Assembly (NCBI GenBank): GCA_964471405.1
Contig: CAYYGH010000002.1
Coordinates: 4,274-68,273 of the forward strand
Origin: an uncultured Sphingomonadales bacterium
GTDB taxonomy: Bacteria; Pseudomonadota; Alphaproteobacteria; Sphingomonadales; Rhodothalassiaceae
Length of the DNA: 64,000 nt
Direction: 5' to 3'
Part shown: positions 61,055-64,000 of the stretch, piece after piece
Layout: each line of letters begins with the position of its first letter
Numbering within the stretch: position 1 is the stretch's first letter
The notes under the pieces: generated by a model
What the model was told of the DNA's origin: nothing
Database searches by the model: none
The model's input: the letters and a program-made list of their open reading frames with translations, nothing else
Position numbers and translations under genes: made by a program

Positions 61055-61092
61055 GGAAGGTGCCATCATCCGTGCGGGTGGTGGCACTTTCC
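61055..61092 (+). terminator. stem-loop downstream of the hsp20 pair
   Basis: GGAAGGTGCCA, a 16-nt loop, TGGCACTTTCC (11 bp including one G-U). It sits 27 nt after the stop. The U-tract is weak (GTCTTCCTG). Confidence 0.45.
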
Positions 61093-61229
61093 GTCTTCCT
61101 GCCCTGTTCCACTAGATACGCAGGCGCCCGGCCTTCCGGACCCCACGAAAGATATCTCCCGCACCTGCCCACCAACAACCGGCAGACATCCCCGTCAGCC
61201 GGCCCGCACCCTCCTTCCGAAGACCGATG

Positions 61230-61267
61230 ACTGATGACCGAGGACTGATGATCACCGGTCACTGATG
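61230..61267 (+). repeat. three copies of ACTGATG at the 3' end of the peptidase gene
   Basis: ACTGATG at 61230-61236, 61244-61250 and 61261-61267, with spacings of 14 and 17 nt. The last copy overlaps the final codons and stop of the minus-strand gene. Confidence 0.5.
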
Positions 61268-63535
61268 CCCGTCGCCCAGCCTGTCGAGAAAGAAGGCGAG
61301 CGCCGTGCGCCAGAGGTGGATGCGGGTCGCCCTGCCCCGGATGCCGTGGCGCTTGCCCGGATAGGTCATGAGCGCGAAGGGAACGCTCCTGTCCTGCAGC
61401 GCCTTCATCAGCCTGACCGAATGATTGAAGAAGACGTTGTCGTCGGCCATGCCGTGCACCAGCAGCAGGCGGTTCGGACGGAACCCGTCGATGGCGGCGA
61501 ATACGCCGGAGGTCTCGTAGGCGTCCGTCTCGCCGGGCCGGCCGAGATAGCGTTCGGTGTAATGGGTGTCGTAGAGCCGCCAGTCGGTGACGGGGGCCAC
61601 CGCCATCCCGGCCGTGAAGGTCTCCGGTGCCTTGGCCAGCAGCTCGAGCGTCATGTAGCCGCCATAGGACCAGCCCCACACCCCGATGCGCGCGGGATCG
61701 ATCCAGGGCTGGGCCTTCAGGAAGGCGACACCGGCCAGCTGGTCGGCCACCTCCGCATCCCCCATGTGGCGGTAGAGCACGCTCTCGAAGGCCTTGCCGC
61801 GATGGGCGGCACCGCGGTTGTCAAGCTTGAGGATGACAAATCCATGTCGCGCCAGAATTTCGTCGAACCCGATCGACCAGGCGTTCAGGACCCGCTGGGC
61901 ATGCGGTCCGCCATAGACCGAGACGATGGCGGGATACCGCCTGCCCGGGTCGAAGCCCGGCGGCAGGCGCAGCTCGTAGTGCAGCGTGGTGGTGCCGTCG
62001 GCGGCGGTAATGGTCCCGAAGCGGCGGATTGAAGCCCCGGCAAGATAGGGGTGGTAGGGATGGCTCTCATCCAGCCGGTTTTCGACGAGCGCGGTAACCA
62101 GGCGGCCATCCCGGATGCGCCTGAGGTCGACCCGTGGCGGCTGGTCCACCGACGACCAGAAGTCGAGAAAATATTTGCGGTCGGGCGAGAGCACGGTGCG
62201 ATGGGTGCCGGCCTCCCGGGTGAGCCGACGGATCGGCCCGCCGGCAAGCGGCACGGCATAAAGATGGCGCTCCAGCACCGTGTCACGGTAGCCTTCGAAG
62301 AACACGAGACCGCGCCGGGCATCCACACCCCTTACCCCGTCGGTGACCCAGGCGCCGTCAGTCAGCTGGCGTCGCAGCCGGCCGCGGGCATCAAAGAGAT
62401 AGAGATGCCGGAATCCATTCCGTTCCGATGACCAGAGGATCCGCCGCCCCTTCTTCAGGAACACGAGGTCGTCGTGGAGATTGATCCAGAAGGGATCGGT
62501 TTCCACCAGCACGGTCTCGGGCACTGCATCGGGGCGCGTCACATCCACCCGCCGCAGATCGAGCCGCTTCTGGTCGCGCGATTCCACCTGAAAGCTGAGG
62601 GCGCGCCCACCGGGCAGCCAGTTGACACGGGTGAGATAGATGTCCGGGTCGTCACCCAGCGGAATCTCGCGCCGCGTGCCGGCTTCGAGGTCGTGCACGA
62701 AGAGCTGGATGCGCACGTTCGGCCCGCCGGCGAAGGGATAGCGCTGGGGCACCGTGGTCACCGAGCCGTCGGCGGCCACCTCGAAGCGCTGGACCAGCGG
62801 GACGGGACTTTCGTCCACACGGGTGTAGGCGATGCGCCGCGAATCCGGTGACCACCAGTAGCCGGTGTGGCGGTCCATTTCCTCGTCGGCCACGAACTCG
62901 GCCATGCCGTTCATGATCGGCCCGCCGCCGTCGGTGGTGACGGCGGTCTCGCTACCATCAGCAAGGTCGATGACGAAGAGGTTGCGCTCGCGCACGAAAG
63001 CGACATGGCGGCCGTCCGGCGAGAATTTCGGGTCGGTCTCGAAGGCTTCGGTCTTCGTCAGCCGGCGGACCTTCCTGCTGGCCAGCTCGTAGAGATAGAG
63101 ATCGCCGTTCAGCGGAAACAGCAGCGCCGAGCCGTCCGGCGCCCACTGGTATTCGACGATGCCGGAGGCGGCGATGCGCCGGCGCTCGCGCCGGGCCTTC
63201 TCGACCTCCGAGAGCTGCTCGGATGCGCCGCCCAGCAGCGCCCGGGAATCGACGAGCAGGCGGTGTGTGCCCTTGGCGATGTCATAGATCCACAGGTCCT
63301 GGACGCGAAAGTCCTCAGCCTTGCCCTTGAGATAGCTCACGAACTTCCCGTCCGGCGAAAAGCGCACCCCGGCAAGCGAGGGGCCGTTGAGCGAGGGGCT
63401 GGATTCCAGCCGCTCGACGGTCAGCTCTTCGCCCGACCCGGCCGCATCGGTCGTGCGCGGCAGGCCCACGAAAGCCGCCAGCAGAAGCAGGATCACCCAC
63501 GCGAATGGCCGTGACCTCCGATTCTTCATGTGCAT
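61259..63535 (-). CDS. S9B family dipeptidyl-peptidase IV-like serine peptidase, secreted
   Basis: Signal peptide, an N-terminal beta-propeller (FSPDGKFVSYLK..., WSPDSRRIAY), and a catalytic domain with GVWGWSYGGYM (Ser), HGMADDNV (Asp) and GKRHGI (His). Confidence 0.9.
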   Translation of the reverse strand: MHMKNRRSRPFAWVILLLLAAFVGLPRTTDAAGSGEELTVERLESSPSLNGPSLAGVRFSPDGKFVSYLKGKAEDFRVQDLWIYDIAKGTHRLLVDSRALLGGASEQLSEVEKARRERRRIAASGIVEYQWAPDGSALLFPLNGDLYLYELASRKVRRLTKTEAFETDPKFSPDGRHVAFVRERNLFVIDLADGSETAVTTDGGGPIMNGMAEFVADEEMDRHTGYWWSPDSRRIAYTRVDESPVPLVQRFEVAADGSVTTVPQRYPFAGGPNVRIQLFVHDLEAGTRREIPLGDDPDIYLTRVNWLPGGRALSFQVESRDQKRLDLRRVDVTRPDAVPETVLVETDPFWINLHDDLVFLKKGRRILWSSERNGFRHLYLFDARGRLRRQLTDGAWVTDGVRGVDARRGLVFFEGYRDTVLERHLYAVPLAGGPIRRLTREAGTHRTVLSPDRKYFLDFWSSVDQPPRVDLRRIRDGRLVTALVENRLDESHPYHPYLAGASIRRFGTITAADGTTTLHYELRLPPGFDPGRRYPAIVSVYGGPHAQRVLNAWSIGFDEILARHGFVILKLDNRGAAHRGKAFESVLYRHMGDAEVADQLAGVAFLKAQPWIDPARIGVWGWSYGGYMTLELLAKAPETFTAGMAVAPVTDWRLYDTHYTERYLGRPGETDAYETSGVFAAIDGFRPNRLLLVHGMADDNVFFNHSVRLMKALQDRSVPFALMTYPGKRHGIRGRATRIHLWRTALAFFLDRLGDGHQ

Positions 63536-63586
63536 GTCCTCACCCTCCCCTTATCCGTCTGCCCGCAATCGGCATGACCTGCCACG

Positions 63587-64000
63587 TCAGCCGTCGCGCG
63601 CTTTTTCTCCGGGACTGCCGAGTCGCTGTTCGACCAGTTCGCGTGCGGCCCGGCGTGGCAGCAGCCGACCCGCCAGCACCGCCTGTTCGAGCCGTGCGCG
63701 CTCGGCTGCGAGATCGGGATCGCGGTCCCACAGCTCGGCCAGAGATTCCGCGATCGCCTCCTTCAGCCAGCGTCGCCGCTGGGCGCGGCGGCGGGCCTCG
63801 CCCTCCCCGCTTTCATCGAGCCAGGCGCGGTGGCGATCGAGCGCCGCGATCACATCATCCAGCCCCGCACCGGTCAGTGCCGAGACGGTCAGCACCGGCG
63901 GCATCCAGCCATCTCTGCTCCCGGCACGCAGGATGCGCAGGGCAGCCCGGATGTCGCGGGCGGCCGTCTTCGCCGCCTCGGGATGGCGGTCGGCCTTGTT
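63587..64000 (-). CDS. meaB: methylmalonyl-CoA mutase-associated GTPase MeaB (3' part; gene continues beyond the window)
   Basis: The frame stays open to the window edge. It translates as NKADRHPEAAKTAARDIRAALRIL...WMPPVLTVSALTGAGLDDVIAAL, containing the NKxD G4 motif and the SA(L) G5 motif. Confidence 0.8.
   Translation of the reverse strand, partial: NKADRHPEAAKTAARDIRAALRILRAGSRDGWMPPVLTVSALTGAGLDDVIAALDRHRAWLDESGEGEARRRAQRRRWLKEAIAESLAELWDRDPDLAAERARLEQAVLAGRLLPRRAARELVEQRLGSPGEKARDG

Overview
High-GC alphaproteobacterial chromosomal segment. The taxon call rests on marker families: MucR/Ros, DUF2336, DUF2794, DUF2189, a zinc-ribbon J-domain protein and tandem Hsp20 genes. I call 62 CDS and found no rRNA, tRNA, CRISPR array, transposase or integrase. 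Most of the window is housekeeping: purC-purS-purQ, purB, a dctPQM TRAP transporter, the tesA/ybbA/ybbP module, parC, rpiB-glyA-nrdR-ribD-ribE-ribBA-ribH-nusB-thiL, eno, tadA and a meaB fragment. Many gene pairs overlap in an ATGA stop/start arrangement. The only clearly foreign-looking insert is a small AT-rich prlF-yhaV toxin-antitoxin islet at 7.6-8.6 kb. I could not recognise any known defence system; no helicase, nuclease, RT or Walker-ATPase clusters are present. The observations most worth follow-up are: (1) a chaperone-dense neighbourhood at 54.8-61.0 kb, where a zinc-ribbon J-domain protein is co-oriented with a 567-aa protein that has no recognisable domain; (2) an OmpA-family protein with an adhesin-type Ig/cadherin-like domain between the barrel and the peptidoglycan-binding domain; (3) an alanine/glycine:cation symporter with a ~130-150-aa insertion; (4) a structured leader upstream of the BI-1/ybhL-family gene; (5) a nucleotidyltransferase and small membrane protein translationally coupled to enolase; (6) a Tat-exported FAD oxidase next to a TonB-dependent receptor; (7) a sulfotransferase-like/GT2 pair. 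All functional calls come from motif recognition by eye, not from database searches.
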